From Phoronis australis (lineage: Eukaryota > Animalia > Phoronida), in NCBI GenBank assembly GCA_002633005.1, contig NMRA01000102.1:537067-601066 (forward strand): DNA of 64,000 nucleotides, read 5' to 3'. The notes beneath the pieces were generated by a model that was not told where the DNA came from, did not search any database, and saw nothing but the letters and a program-made list of their open reading frames with translations. The translations under genes were made by a program, and so were the position numbers. The number at the start of each line of letters is the position of its first letter. The stretch's first letter is position 1. Positions 24,729-36,815 of the stretch are shown here, piece after piece.

Positions 24729-25783
24729 GTAATAAAACATTGTTTTAAAATATTCTTACCGAGAGATTTGTTTGTAGAATTTTTTTTTTGGAATCATTGG
24801 ATAGTTTTAAATTGAACAAATAAAAAATCCAGACATTTCAAATACGATGCAGCATTCCTTTGCAAAAGAAGAGTGACTTAAAATTGTGTGAAGAATTTAT
24901 GTTAGGCTTATTTGAAAGACGCCCTGTGTGAATGCTTACTGAAGTATTTCAAAGTAACTGACTAAAAGCGATCAGTGCAGAAAATTTGTTGGAGGACACA
25001 CAGGCTCCACCTTACGAGAAAGTCTGGTTTAACTTTAACTGCATTTTTATGTCGTCTTCTAATATTTCATTTCATAGGGATTTTTCATTTTATCGTCGTC
25101 ATCCATGCAATTTATTGGTTGAGGGAAATATGCTTATGAAATCTTTCTCGGATCTAATAATCGCAGATGATTTCGACGGTAGTTTGTGTGTATCGAAACA
25201 TTCGTTGACAAATCACTCAACTGTTTTCGTCCTCCCACGTGCTTGCGTATCTATTTCTCTGCCAGCGACAGTTTATGCAACGGTGGTTATTAAATTTCTG
25301 TCGTACCAAAAATAAATCGCAAACACTGTGATACGCAAAGTTTTATTCTGCTCCACCATATCTATGGCTCTACTAAAAATGTTTACATAGTTTGTTAAAT
25401 GATTCTGTGCTGGGTCACGAAGCTAACACAAAAGCGCTCTAGCATTAAAAGGCAGTATTACTGTTGTTGGTTTTTACGTGAGAAATGTATACATGCAATA
25501 TAAATGCCGTCTGCATCAATAAATTTCACCGATCCGTCTTTGATGATAACGGAATCATTTTAGAGTACAACCCACAAAAGTGTCAGCCAGATCTCTTGAC
25601 CCAACCAAGTTACCGAATACTAATCTACTGATAACGAAATGACCAAAATATGTACCCACAAAGTGCTTTGAAATCAACAGGAGAATTCTTGACTCAAGCG
25701 GACGTTCACTTCATTAGTTTGATTCAAGATTCTGGCATATCGGAAACTTTACAGAACTTGTAACTTTGGAGCTTCAATTTAAT

Positions 25784-25885
25784 CTCTCCCTCCGTCCCTC
25801 CCTCCGTCCCTCCCTCCGTCCCTCCCTCCGTCCCTCCCTCCGTCCGTCCGTCTCTCCCTCCCTCCCTCTCTGTCTGTGTCTCTCT
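25784..25885. repeat. (CCCTCCCTCCGT)n / CT-rich simple repeat
   Basis: Directly visible 12-bp periodic pyrimidine tract. It explains the RPSL/TEGG/GRRE repeat ORFs here. Confidence 0.93.
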
Positions 25886-26829
25886 CGCTTTTTCTCTCTC
25901 AAGGTGTCGGACGATATTATGGATTCGTGCTTGAGCCCCTGTGAAATGATAACGTGCAAAACCCATAATTCCATACGTGAATCAGTGCTCATGTCTTGGT
26001 TCAGGCGTCTGTCGTAGACATACTCAGGGAATGAGAAGAAAAAGCATAATAAATCGTTCAGTTAGTGTAACAAATTTGGAATGTCGATGCAGTTTGAAAT
26101 TCAGTAAAATTCTTCTCCCCAAACAGTACTCTTGCGCCTTGCGCCAAGTGTATTTATAAGGAGTCGGTGGCTCCCTCCAAAAGTGCTGAGCCCACCGGCT
26201 TTTTGCAAACAAAATAATACTTTGTAACCGCGTTCTGCACTCAAAAGTTTGCAGCAAGCTTGGAGACTCCGTGCGGCACTTGATCAGTGGGCAATCGGGA
26301 CTAATATTTTGAAAGACGGCTGTGGGAAAAGAACGTCTACTTCGCGACATGAGATCCCCTTTGTGACGCATTCACGGAGGATTCTAACTATTATTAGAAC
26401 ACGTGACTTTGGCTAGATTTCAGCTGGGTCCTAGCGTAGGACTTATCGTTACTGAACACACGCCTGGTATCCAAGAACCTCGCGAAAACGCAAGATAACA
26501 CAAGACAGCGAGATGTCACCATGTTACAAGTCAAGCACGTGATCACACGTGGGATCTTGGCAAGATTCTGGTTGCGTTTTCGGAGACCAGCCCTGGGTTG
26601 CGTTCCACAAATGCAAGAATTTGATGATGAAAGGTGGTAGAATCACGAGATTCGCTTGCAATACATGGCGATATCGCGCAGTCTTGCGTTCCTGCGAATG
26701 CAGCTTGGTAACAGTGCGTTTGCTATGCATCATGCTGGCGCATATCAACTCTTGCGGGGTCTTCGTGTCTAAGTTTTAGGAACTTTAAAATTAGCGCGTA
26801 AGTAAATAACGACATATCTATCCATCTAT

Positions 26830-26867
26830 CCAACGTTTCGGTTTATTACTCTAAACCATTGTCAAGG
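26830..26867 (-). ncRNA. Minimal hammerhead-ribozyme-like motif (variant core)
   Basis: The minus strand reads CC-UUGACAA-U-GGUUUA(GAGUAA)UAAACC-GAAACGUU-GG. This is type-I minimal hammerhead topology with CUGANGA replaced by UUGACAA. Confidence 0.45.
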
Positions 26868-27077
26868 AAACAGTTCATAGACTCAAAACAGGCGACACAG
26901 GTAGAGAAGAGACTGCACAGGTACACGTCAAAATGCATTTTGAGGGGGAGAGACCAGAAATCATTTGAGCCCCAACTGTTTTGATTTCTGGTCTCTCCCC
27001 CTCACATAGCATTTTGACGAGTACCTGTACAGACTCTTCACTACCTGTGTCGCTTGTTTTGAGTCTGTGAACTGTTT

Positions 27078-27115
27078 CATTGACAGTGGTTTAGAGTAAT
27101 AAACCGAAACGTTGG
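27078..27115 (+). ncRNA. Minimal hammerhead-ribozyme-like motif, second more degenerate copy
   Basis: CA-UUGACAG-U-GGUUUA(GAGUAA)UAAACC-GAAACGUU-GG, sense with the CYP pre-mRNA. Stem I has a mismatch. Confidence 0.35.
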
Positions 27116-27237
27116 ATAGATGGATAGATATGTCGTTATTTACTTACGCGCTAATTTTAAAGTTCGTGCTTCTGTTCTGGCCTAAATCAAATGTGATCAA
27201 TCGTCTAGGTTTTAGCTCAACTATTCTCTACTTTCAG

Positions 27238-27459
27238 GTAACATTGTTTACATGGCTCTTCCGCACTGCACATCTTCTGACGTAGAACTTGGTGGATACA
27301 AGATTCCAGCCAAAACACCAATTATACCCAACTTGGTAGCAGTTAACTTGAACGAGAAGGATTTTCCTCAGCCGCACGTGTTTAGGCCTGAAAGATTTAT
27401 AGATGGAAAGGGAAACTTTAAAAAGGAACTGTCAGAGAAGATAGTGTCGTTTGGCGTGG
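27238..27459 (+). pseudogene. Cytochrome P450 (CYP2 clan) exon: LPH to PERF to FGVG
   Basis: TTTCAG acceptor, phase matching the previous exon. GNIVYMALPHCTSSDVELGGYKIPAKT...FRPERFID...VSFGVG. Donor G|GTGAGG. Confidence 0.93.
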
Positions 27460-27842
27460 GTGAGGAATTGGTTGATCAATGTTTTTTGACTAATAACAAC
27501 TGTGTTTAGTTAGACTACAGGCTGTAAAAAGAAATTAAAAGCTGACATTTTCTCTCTCCATTTCCAGTCTTCTAATTTACTTATAGTTTTGACATCATAA
27601 CCATTATAAAACCTTCTTTAAGTAGTATCTGAAGGAAATGGAAGATGTCTATGCCTCAAAATATAGTCAAGCGGGTACACTAGAAATGAATATAAAGTTT
27701 GTGTTAAATTTACGCGAATTATTTAAATACAATGGTTTCCGCGTTGGGCAATAGGTATTTATATCCTTATGATTTCTAATCTGTCGGCATTTGGTTAGAT
27801 GTACCTTATGTTTACTAAGAGGTGGATAATTGTTCTCACTAG

Positions 27843-28023
27843 GTAAACGCCTTTGCTTGGGAGAGGCCTTGGCCAGAATATAAATATTCTTGTTCTTCGC
27901 GTCCATGATACAGCAGTTCCGGTTTGAAGTGCCAAGGGGGATCCTCTGCCGTCTATGGTGGGAACAGCGACGTTCATCAACTCCCCAAATCCGTTTCTGC
28001 TGTCCGCCGTTAGTTTGGTTTGA
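27843..28023 (+). pseudogene. Cytochrome P450 (CYP2 clan) last exon with heme Cys, disrupted
   Basis: Completes FGVG|KRLCLGEALAR. TAA at 27881-27883 replaces the conserved Glu of ARxELFL. A frameshift in the G-run at 27936-27940 precedes DPLPSMVG....NSPNPF.L.A ending at TGA 28021-28023. Confidence 0.92.
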
Positions 28024-28479
28024 CTACGAGGAGGATGGGCAGGATTTCACAATTTTTTTCCTAAATATCTTCTGACTTCATAATATAGATTTTCAAAAGG
28101 ATCTATTGTAAAAGTCATCCGGCTACGGGCGTGCTTGAGTATTAAAAGCGGCTGCTGACTTTAAGCTGTCCACGTGTGTAGATTAGTCCATGAGCTGAAG
28201 ATCAATGTAAAAGTGTGCACTTTTGCTGTTTTTTTGATCCTGATACAATGCAAGCAGTTATTAATGTGATGTCAGTCACTCAGCTCCTATTGGTGCCATG
28301 AGAGGTGACATGGGTTGGATTCACCCCAGATATAGTCGTCACATAAATATGGTTCGTCTGTGGAATAGAATATAGAATTTTAATTGTAGAACACTTACCA
28401 GAAAAGTTTTTGAATGGGACTATAATCAAAACAGTTGAAATTTAAATTGCTCCTCGGAGATAAAAACAATTTTCAACTC

Positions 28480-28789
28480 TGGTCAGATATATCATATATT
28501 TGAATCCTTAATTAAATGCAACATCACTACATTACAAACAATGGTCAGATATATCATATATTTGAATCCTTAATTAAATGCAACATCACTACATTACAAA
28601 CAATGGTCAGATATATCATATATTTGAATCCTAAATTAAATGCAACATCACTACATTACAAACAATGGTCAGATATATCATATATTTGAATCCAACATTA
28701 AATGCAACATCACTACATTACAAACAATGGTCAGATATATCATATATTTGAATCCAACATTAAATGCAACATCACTACATTACAAACAA
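28480..28789. repeat. Minisatellite, 62-bp unit x5
   Basis: TGGTCAGATATATCATATATTTGAATCC(TTA/TAA/AAC)ATTAAATGCAACATCACTACATTACAAACAA starting at 28480, 28542, 28604, 28666 and 28728. Confidence 0.97.
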
Positions 28790-29314
28790 ATCTTATTAAG
28801 GCTGTGGTTGATGATTGGAAAAATACTGTTTATCAATCGCCTAAATGAATAAGCTACAAATTTTTTAAAAAGTATTTTTTAAATAAAACTACTTACGTTT
28901 GACCAAATAACGCATATCACTTTTATTGTAATTTCGTTTTGGAATTCTCACATTGAAACTGGTAGGTTTTGTAACAATGATCTCTGAAACAGATTTTTGT
29001 TTACTTTGTAATTTGCCGACCGGTCGACGGCCAGTCGTCGACCAATTTCCGACCGGGCGGACAAAAATTCGTGATGTGTGCTGTACATGGTCGAACCGCG
29101 GACGCAAAAGAAACTAAAACCGTTTTTCGACTATTAACAAATATTAACAACGCCTTTCCCATTGCGCTCCCTAAAACAAAATAATTTTTTTGTAAACCTC
29201 GCCAATCCTCAAATGCTTGGCGCAAATTTCGAATTCTCCTACAAACTGTGTTAAGCAGACAAGTGTGACCTGGGCTTCAAGCGAGTTAACCAGCAACTGT
29301 AGGGAATGACCGCT

Positions 29315-30090
29315 ATGGTGTTCCATTGCTGCCAAGATAAAATTAACATTAAAACAAAATTACTTTGTAGTTGAAACATGCTTTAAAAGAAAATATTGAA
29401 TAAAAAGATTTTAAATATATTTTTGTTTTTAAAAGAAAAAATCAAAATATTTTGGAAAGTAAAACATATTTAAAAAAATACTGTCAAGCAATTTACAGTT
29501 TACTTACTCTAACTTTTAAAGTTCAAACGAAAATGAAATAGGCTAACAAAAATTATTCAGCATCAACTATCTTTGTGTGATTGTAAACATAATCACAAAT
29601 GGACCGACAGTCCTGTGATAATTGACAGCGAGTGAACTATAACTCATCAGTGATCACCTCTTGCTGCTGAAAGTGGAAACGAAAAGCGAATGAGTTTTGT
29701 TTTTAATAGTGATTTTATTTTGGTTTTAAATATTAAAACAATTTATATTTTCAAAACTGTTTTAGTTTCAAAATATTTTTAAAATTATCTGACTTTTTTA
29801 TTAAACAATTTCACTTTAAAATTAGTTTCGTTTCGTTTCGTTTCATTTTAAAACTTGCTTTACTTTCAAACCGCTTTTAAAATTGTTTTACATGTTTTTT
29901 TCGATTTCCTTTTTAAACACGTTTTAGTTTCAAATTGTTTTTTTCTTTTTAAAAACAAAGTATTTTCAAAATTGTTTTCCATCAGATTTTCGTTTTGAAT
30001 ATGTTTTACTTTAAAAATAACTTTCTTTTCTCTTAAAAATACTTTGTTTTGTTTAATTTTCTTTTCTTAGCAATTAGAGAGGCATGGAAA
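29315..30090. mobile_element. AT-rich foldback-type element
   Basis: A-rich left arm and T-rich right arm around a mixed core. AAAGTAAAACATATTTAAAA (29456-29475) is the near reverse complement of TTTTGAATATGTTTTACTTT (29993-30012). Ends are approximate. Confidence 0.55.
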
Positions 30091-33000
30091 GCGAAAGGTC
30101 GTCAAAAATATCTTCCAAACAATTTCTGACGAAAGTTCCATCTCGCGACGTCTAATAGAGAGTATTTCACTTTCCCTGTGAGGACATTTCCAAAAAAACC
30201 ACATTAAATTCACGATTTTTGAAATACGCACGAAGTAAAAACTATGTGGTTACCAATTATCTCTCTCACACTGATGATAATGCGCGCATGCGCTCACAGT
30301 CATTTGCTTGAAGTCGCTTGACGACAAGGATCACATTTTCCATATCAGGGAAATGTGTTACGTCTATGTCTTGCCTTACGAAATAAGAAGACGTGGTTTG
30401 CCTTGATGAAAAGGCGAGCAGTTGACATATCGTTATTTCGAAAGTTGAAACTAAAAGAAAGTGGTTTGACGTCAACAGAAATTAAAAATCTTTAGTAACA
30501 AACCTTATACCTTTTCAGCAGATTGAATTCAGTGGCAGAGAAGCACTTTGGATATAGCAATTTAGGCTGTTTATCGAGATCAAGGCCTCTTTAAATTAAA
30601 TTTAGCAGCACTGGGCCACCGTAGACCATCCCGCAAGGATATAACAATCATTTTGTGACAAAGTGGTATGTGTTCTACTGGTAGTTGAATCCTGCCTTTT
30701 TCGTTCAAGTTGGGTGCCAATAGTTCATTGGCAGGAGACAGAACGAGGATTGCTTGAAATCACCAGTGCTGGGTTTATATAAAGCAAACTTATCTGTCTT
30801 GCCATTAAGCAAAGTACGTTTTGGGCGTTAGTTTTACACCAAAAATACAAATCCCCTTTTTCTTAGGGGTAATTTTAGCGTTAATAATCTCTGTTTCTCA
30901 TGTAAGGCACGTGTCGATCGGTGTGCTTGGCTGTTACTTGACCTGCAGTGGGGAACATTTATTGTCTGACCATGATTGAATGCTAAGTAGAAGGCAATCA
31001 CACGCACGATTTAGAGGCGAGATTGCGAACGTTGCCAGAGCTACAGGCTATCCCGTACTGGTGTATAATATAACCAAACGTATTAATATGTTGTAACAGA
31101 TCCAAATAAACTCCCATGATTTGCAAGACATAGATATACCAGAGACGTGACCTCTGTCAACTTACCTAAAGCAATCCGTACACATATACTCCAGACAGTC
31201 TGAAGGTGTCCCTTGAAGTCTATAAATTTATTAGGCTACACGCTGGGGACTTCCTCCTAATTCTTTATTGCTCATGTAGTCTGCTGCGATACCAGCCCGA
31301 TCACCTATCAGTTGCCACTCTGACGTCACCGTTCAGATGGTTGATCTAATATACTGCTTCACGCTGTTTTTGCAAATGAGCACCGGTAACAACACAACGT
31401 ACTTATCAACATGAAGGGACCAGTGCAACGAGTCTGTGGAACGAGCAACGAACCTGTATATAGTCACAGGCACCTTTAAGTAGCTCTCTACAATATAACA
31501 TAATAAAGAGAAAGGTACACAGCTGACATTCAATATGGCCGTCTGCCGGCCACTTCCGGAATAACCCAAGCACGTCAAATCTGAGAGTGATTTAACTCAA
31601 ACATTTTATCTGAGACAGCAACACGTTCGTTGCTTCCATTTGTTGACATCAAAACCAATAAATATCACAAATATTTCCAGATCTTCCTAGTTCAATCGTC
31701 AACATTCACGACAAAGAGAAAAGCAAGAAGGCCTCATATCAGTTTCGTCTAATGCGCATGCTCATAAGGCCCCTCGCGACATCTTCAGAGCGCTTACATC
31801 AACTTTGGCTTTGTTCATCTCTAGAAAACAACGTCAACTGCCTTCACAAAAATGTGGTCGATGGACGAAAAAGCTCCGCCGGATCCTCGGAAAAAGTGGG
31901 GTGAAATTTAAAAAGCTGCTAGTACCTATTCATTCATATTTCAATATATTCACAGTTGTGCAGGATTGTGACGAGACCTCTGAGTTCAGCTACATGAGCT
32001 AGTACTCGTAACGAGTGGCACTGGTAAACGAAAGTAAAACATAAATAATACCAAAACTTAGTGATTTACGTTGACTTTGGGCTACGGTGAATTAAGGTGC
32101 ACCAGTGCAAACAGTAGTGTCTTTGTTTTTGTTCATCATTTTTCTTAACACTTTTACTAAACCTGGAACATGACTAATTTTCGGAGCAAGAGTGGCGACA
32201 AAGTTGAGGCGACTTTTGCTGTTTTTTTCTTTTTATCAGCAGAGTCGTGACAACAAAATTTCTTTTTTTGAAGTTAGTTCAACCAAAGCACACACAATTT
32301 TCAAAATTTGATACGATTCATGATCCAAAATTGCTGCATTTTGCATTATTCTTCCTTGCAGATACTCTTAACATGCTCGCATTCATGATGAAACAGGATA
32401 GCATGATCAAGATCATTTGTGTTCAAGGTGTTCGTACTACTTGTTCAGTTCTGCAGAAGGAAACAAATTTTGATGAATATTTATAGTTTTGCAGTGTTCT
32501 CAGTTATGGGAGTCCAGCAGACTGGGGATGTTTCTATCCTGAACCTTACTATACCAACAAAATGCAATCCTTGTAACGCTAACTTAATCCAGTTGCATAA
32601 CCGAAAACGACCCACTTCAAAAGAAAGGTCATTATTGACGCCATGTTGGTTTTATTTACTCTCTTACCGTTCCATGCACCTCTTTGTTGATCGTTCTATT
32701 CTGATACTCGCAAAGGTTGCTGGGAAATTGTTGGTGTTTGGATGAGATTCCCCAGGATAACGCCTGTAAGGCGATGCGTTTGGATGTGATAGACATCCAG
32801 CTGTAGGTTTTGACTAGCATTTGGCGACTTAGTAGCGTGAACAAGTACAGGTTATCAAATGTCATTAATAAGATAAGTAAATAGTTATCAATGTTTAATC
32901 TTATGCGGTACAGAAACAACGCACGATCCAAAAGTCGTTGATAAAATGGTGAAAACTTTTTTAGTGAGTTCACCTGATTATTCATTTCCTTAACATGGCC

Positions 33001-34851
33001 AGTAGGTGTTTTTGTCTTTTCAATTATCTAATTTTCCAAATTTTCAGATCAGCCTCTTTATTTTCTGTAATTTCCGAAAGAGCTTCCTCGTGTCTGTCGT
33101 GTAGTCTACCCCTGCACAGTTGTTATTAATAACCACGAAAACCAACTCATCTCCTTCTGCTGCTCTTCCCTCTTTGATATGAGTCATTGCTTACACTTAA
33201 TCTCAATCCAGAATCCCAGAACAAACGCAATCGATTAGAATATGAGCAAACCAGTAGCTTATCAAATGCCTCAGCTATCATCAAAATTCGACTAAAGGTA
33301 TCTGTTTTTTAAAAAGATGTGGTCAGTTCGAATTGCATTTTACATGAAAGGTTGGTTGAATCCTATTTTGTAAAACAAAGATTAGTTATTTTTAAAGCGA
33401 CAATATAACCGCCTATGGTAGTCAAAAGTTTAGCCTCGGTCAATTTTCTGACATTAACTGCTTCAAATTATTCCTTATTCAGATGGCGAATGATATCCTA
33501 GCTACGAAGAACTGTCCGTTCGGTAGTGCTTGAGTGAGACCATGTTTGTCTTTAAAAAGACATGCCGTGACAAGACAACTTATCTACTTTCACCAATACC
33601 GCACTGTCAGTTCTAACCAAGCTCAAGAATCGAGTGAGGACCAATTTAGTATCAGATTTATAGCGGTGGCCGTAAATTACAATTTTTGACGGACGGTGGG
33701 TTTATCAATGGTTTTAGTATTTTTTTTAAATGTTGATTTTATTTTATTTAATATGCGCGTAAATATGAAACGATGCATTTTCGAAGAACAGAACGTCCAC
33801 CGTTTGCTGTCTTTCCTATACGCCCATGCGTCTAAGTTTCGCTTATAGACGCACGGGGAGTCCTTTATATGACCGCATGTAATGCAGTGGATTCAGGCAG
33901 GCACACTGTCTTCCACAAAACAGTATAATCTTCCCTGTGCTTCACATATTTAATAACCGTCGTTGCTCGACTAGCTTACCTAGATTATAATTCACATTCG
34001 ACATTCCAATACCCACAGGTGAAGCTAGTTCTTAAAAGAAACTAGCTGTTTGATAGGTGGTAGGTTTAACAGGTAACACACGGCTTCAGTGACTGTGTCA
34101 TGAATGAACGCAAAATATTTAATTTGGAATTAATTTTTACAAATCAGCAAAGAATGAGCACATTAATTGGGCCAGAAAAATATGGCACGGGTATCATGCT
34201 CATACATGTAAGTTTTGAAGAAGAAATAGCAATAGCGGGGTTTGCGAACCACTATGGTTCACGTTATTCATGGGGGCATTGGAGAAAATTATTTCTCAAA
34301 ATGCACGATCCCTGTAAGTGACTATAACCCGTAAATAATTGTCATGATTTAATCCATGACAAAACTTTCTCAATAAAACCGGCGAAAAGGTCTACGATTT
34401 CCAACTGAAAAGCAAATGTACGTACTTAAGCTGGACGCGAACTAATGTGCAAATACGCGTATGTACACGTGCATCGAGTGTTTATCACTGCCAAGAATGT
34501 CCACTGCATTCCACAAGCCAAAGAGCACTGCGTATTTTTTAATAATTGAGTGTTCCAGAAGATCAGTTTCAAGAATGGTTTTACTTAGCCCGTTCGTTGT
34601 TTTCATAAGCCCACAAATACGCAGTAGATTTGGAGAAAGTAGTAGAGTCTTTGTTCTGGACTGTCTCATGCAAGCGGCATGACAGCGTTTTCCCGTTCAT
34701 TGACTTTACCAGACGTAGAGGCTGGTGATCGTGTGGTATCATCTAGCTTCTTTGTTAACTGCAAAGCACAGTCTTTTGTATGGCAATAGGCAGGTCAATT
34801 ATCTACCAGGGTTGTCACAGAGCACGTGTGAACAAAGTCAAACCCAGAGGG

Positions 34852-35893
34852 AATAGCGGAGTTGCAACGCCGCCATATTGGAAATGGGTCAGAATGTTGC
34901 ATTGTGGTTACAATGGTAAACTTCAGTAAACAAGTATGTTGGCAACCGTGCGGGCGAACGGGCTACGGGGAGGTTATACGTGTTGTGTGCCTGGCATGCT
35001 ATAATACCAGTTAGCGAAATAAAAAAATTAGTTACTACCTGTTTCCCAAGGATCAAGAACTGCGTTAAACATGGGTCAGAGACATCGGTAGAGCTGGTAG
35101 CAAAGGCCGACTTCGTGAATTCTTTCCGACTTCGTAGCATAAAGTGTGCAGCGCTCATTTTGAGGGCGGCAAGAAAACGTATCTTAGAAACTGCCCAACA
35201 ATATCTCCCTTCAAAGAAACAGTAACAAATACTCCACGGCGGTTGGTAGTNNNNNNNNNNNNNNNNNNNNNNNNNNNNNNNNNNNNNNNNNNNNNNNNNN
35301 NNNNNNNNNNNNNNNNNNNNNNNNNNNNNNNNNNNNNNNNNNNNNNNNNNNNNNNNNNNNNNNNNNNNNNNNNNNNNNNNNNNNNNNNNNNNNNNNNNNN
35401 NNNNNNNNNNNNNNNNNNNNNNNNNNNNNNNNNNNNNNNNNNNNNNNNNNNNNNNNNNNNNNNNNNNNNNNNNNNNNNNNNNNNNNNNNNNNNNNNNNNN
35501 NNNNNNNNNNNNNNNNNNNNNNNNNNNNNNNNNNNNNNNNNNNNNNNNNNNNNNNNNNNNNNNNNNNNNNNNNNNNNNNNNNNNNNNNNNNNNNNNNNNN
35601 NNNNNNNNNNNNNNNNNNNNNNNNNNNNNNNNNNNNNNNNNNNNNNNNNNNNNNNNNNNNNNNNNNNNNNNNNNNNNNNNNNNNNNNGTTGGGGCACTTG
35701 TTGAGCCATGGGCGCTAATTAGGGCGAATAGCGGCAGAATTACATACAGCAGTGTAGTTTAATGCACACAAATTACACGTCGTGCAAACCAGTCGGCCAT
35801 CCCGTTTACCATCAACAATCCCAGTAGCCTTTGCGCACCCTAATTTCCGGACATGCGCAATCGTTAAATCGATTCAGTTACAACTCCGCTATT
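34852..35893 (+). mobile_element. Non-autonomous THAP-carrying DNA transposon (ISL2EU/PIF-like), spanning the assembly gap
   Basis: Inverted termini AATAGCGGAGTTGCAAC and GTTACAACTCCGCTATT (16/17, AT dinucleotide on both sides). Inside is a disrupted THAP: GGYTCCVPG/CYN...YYLFPKDQELR*TWV..IGR...KVCSAHFEGG....PTI. Confidence 0.75.
35251..35687. other. Assembly gap (N run)
   Basis: 437 consecutive N bases. ORFs called across it are artefacts. Confidence 1.
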
Positions 35894-36210
35894 GGTACGT
35901 TCGGAAAGAATAGATTGTCGTAACTTCGGTTGTAGTTGGGCGATTTTGGTGATTCAAAAACTGTACATGATCACCATTTGAAGAGAATTTCAAAAATGCA
36001 ATTGGTTTATGTTCAAATATGTTATAACTTAAATTCTATTATAACAAAACAGCCCAGTCAGGCTAGAAAAAAGAGAGCTGGCCCTCCAACCATGAATGCC
36101 AGAATGGAGTTAATCAGTCGTGTAAGATATTGACTAAAGGGATCATCTTCCCATCTTGTTGTTGAGCTAAAGATGTGAGCAACAGGAAAACGCCGTAATG
36201 GGAACAGGTC
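35894..36210 (+). repeat. Dispersed repeat, inverted copy of about 58230-58582; possible Harbinger Myb/SANT relic
   Basis: GGTACGTTCG..AAGAA.AGATTGTCGTAACTTCGGTTGTAGTTG and AAAAGAGAGCTGGCCCTCCAACCAT.AATGCC recur as reverse complements at 58523-58582 and 58269-58370. Confidence 0.7.
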
Positions 36211-36283
36211 CCTTATGTCCAATGTGATCCAGTAGGAGCAACTGGCTATTTTAGACAATAGCAAGTTTTAACATATGAAAGCA

Positions 36284-36289
36284 TTTATT
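36284..36289 (-). promoter_or_regulatory. Candidate polyadenylation signal of the GPCR gene
   Basis: Minus-strand AATAAA about 530 nt after the stop codon, just before the repeat-derived block. Confidence 0.45.
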
Positions 36290-36815
36290 TTCAAAATATT
36301 TTGTAAGCACAGAAACATAGAAACATAATCAATAAAAACACAAATGGAACCCAGTATAAGCCGGTGTCATATAGCACAAGGTTTAGCCGTCTTTGCCCTT
36401 AAGTGTACCTACATGTATACTGGATATTGTAAAACAGAATAGCAAATTCCTAAAGTGGATTTGTGAAATTATACGATCCGTTATAAGACGGCAAACGTTT
36501 AAATGAAGCCATATTTTAAAGCACTAACCACAACATAACAAACATTAAGAAAGGACAACACCATGGATAACACTCAGGGTAAGACTTGTACAAATATAAG
36601 AGATAGTCGCCTGGTCATTGGTTGCGCCAAGTTCGCCTACTCAGCTCTCCTTTTCATCTTTTGCTACTGCTAAAATCTGCAATTGATGCGACCAAACCTC
36701 GGGCGAAATGTAGGCTTGCGCGGTAAGGAGGACTGATCAACTCCGTGAAAAGTACTCCTTGTGCACATGTACATGTCCTTATTTCGAAAACAACAGCAAT
36801 AGTACAATTCTTAGT

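Larger units (their letters stand above)
26780..27165. mobile_element. 386-bp inverted repeat of Penelope-like element terminal sequence
   Basis: Two arms of about 184 bp, roughly 90% complementary by eye, around an 18-nt spacer (about 26964-26981). Each arm carries TTGACA(A/G)TGGTTTA-GAGTAA-TAAACCGAAACGTTGG, the hammerhead-like motif typical of Penelope pLTRs. Confidence 0.7.

Noticed and set aside
25724-26017. ORFs with RPSL/TEGG/GRRE repeats
   Set aside because: These are translations of a 12-bp simple repeat.
35144-35709. Two ORFs of about 185 aa
   Set aside because: They are open only because they cross the N gap.
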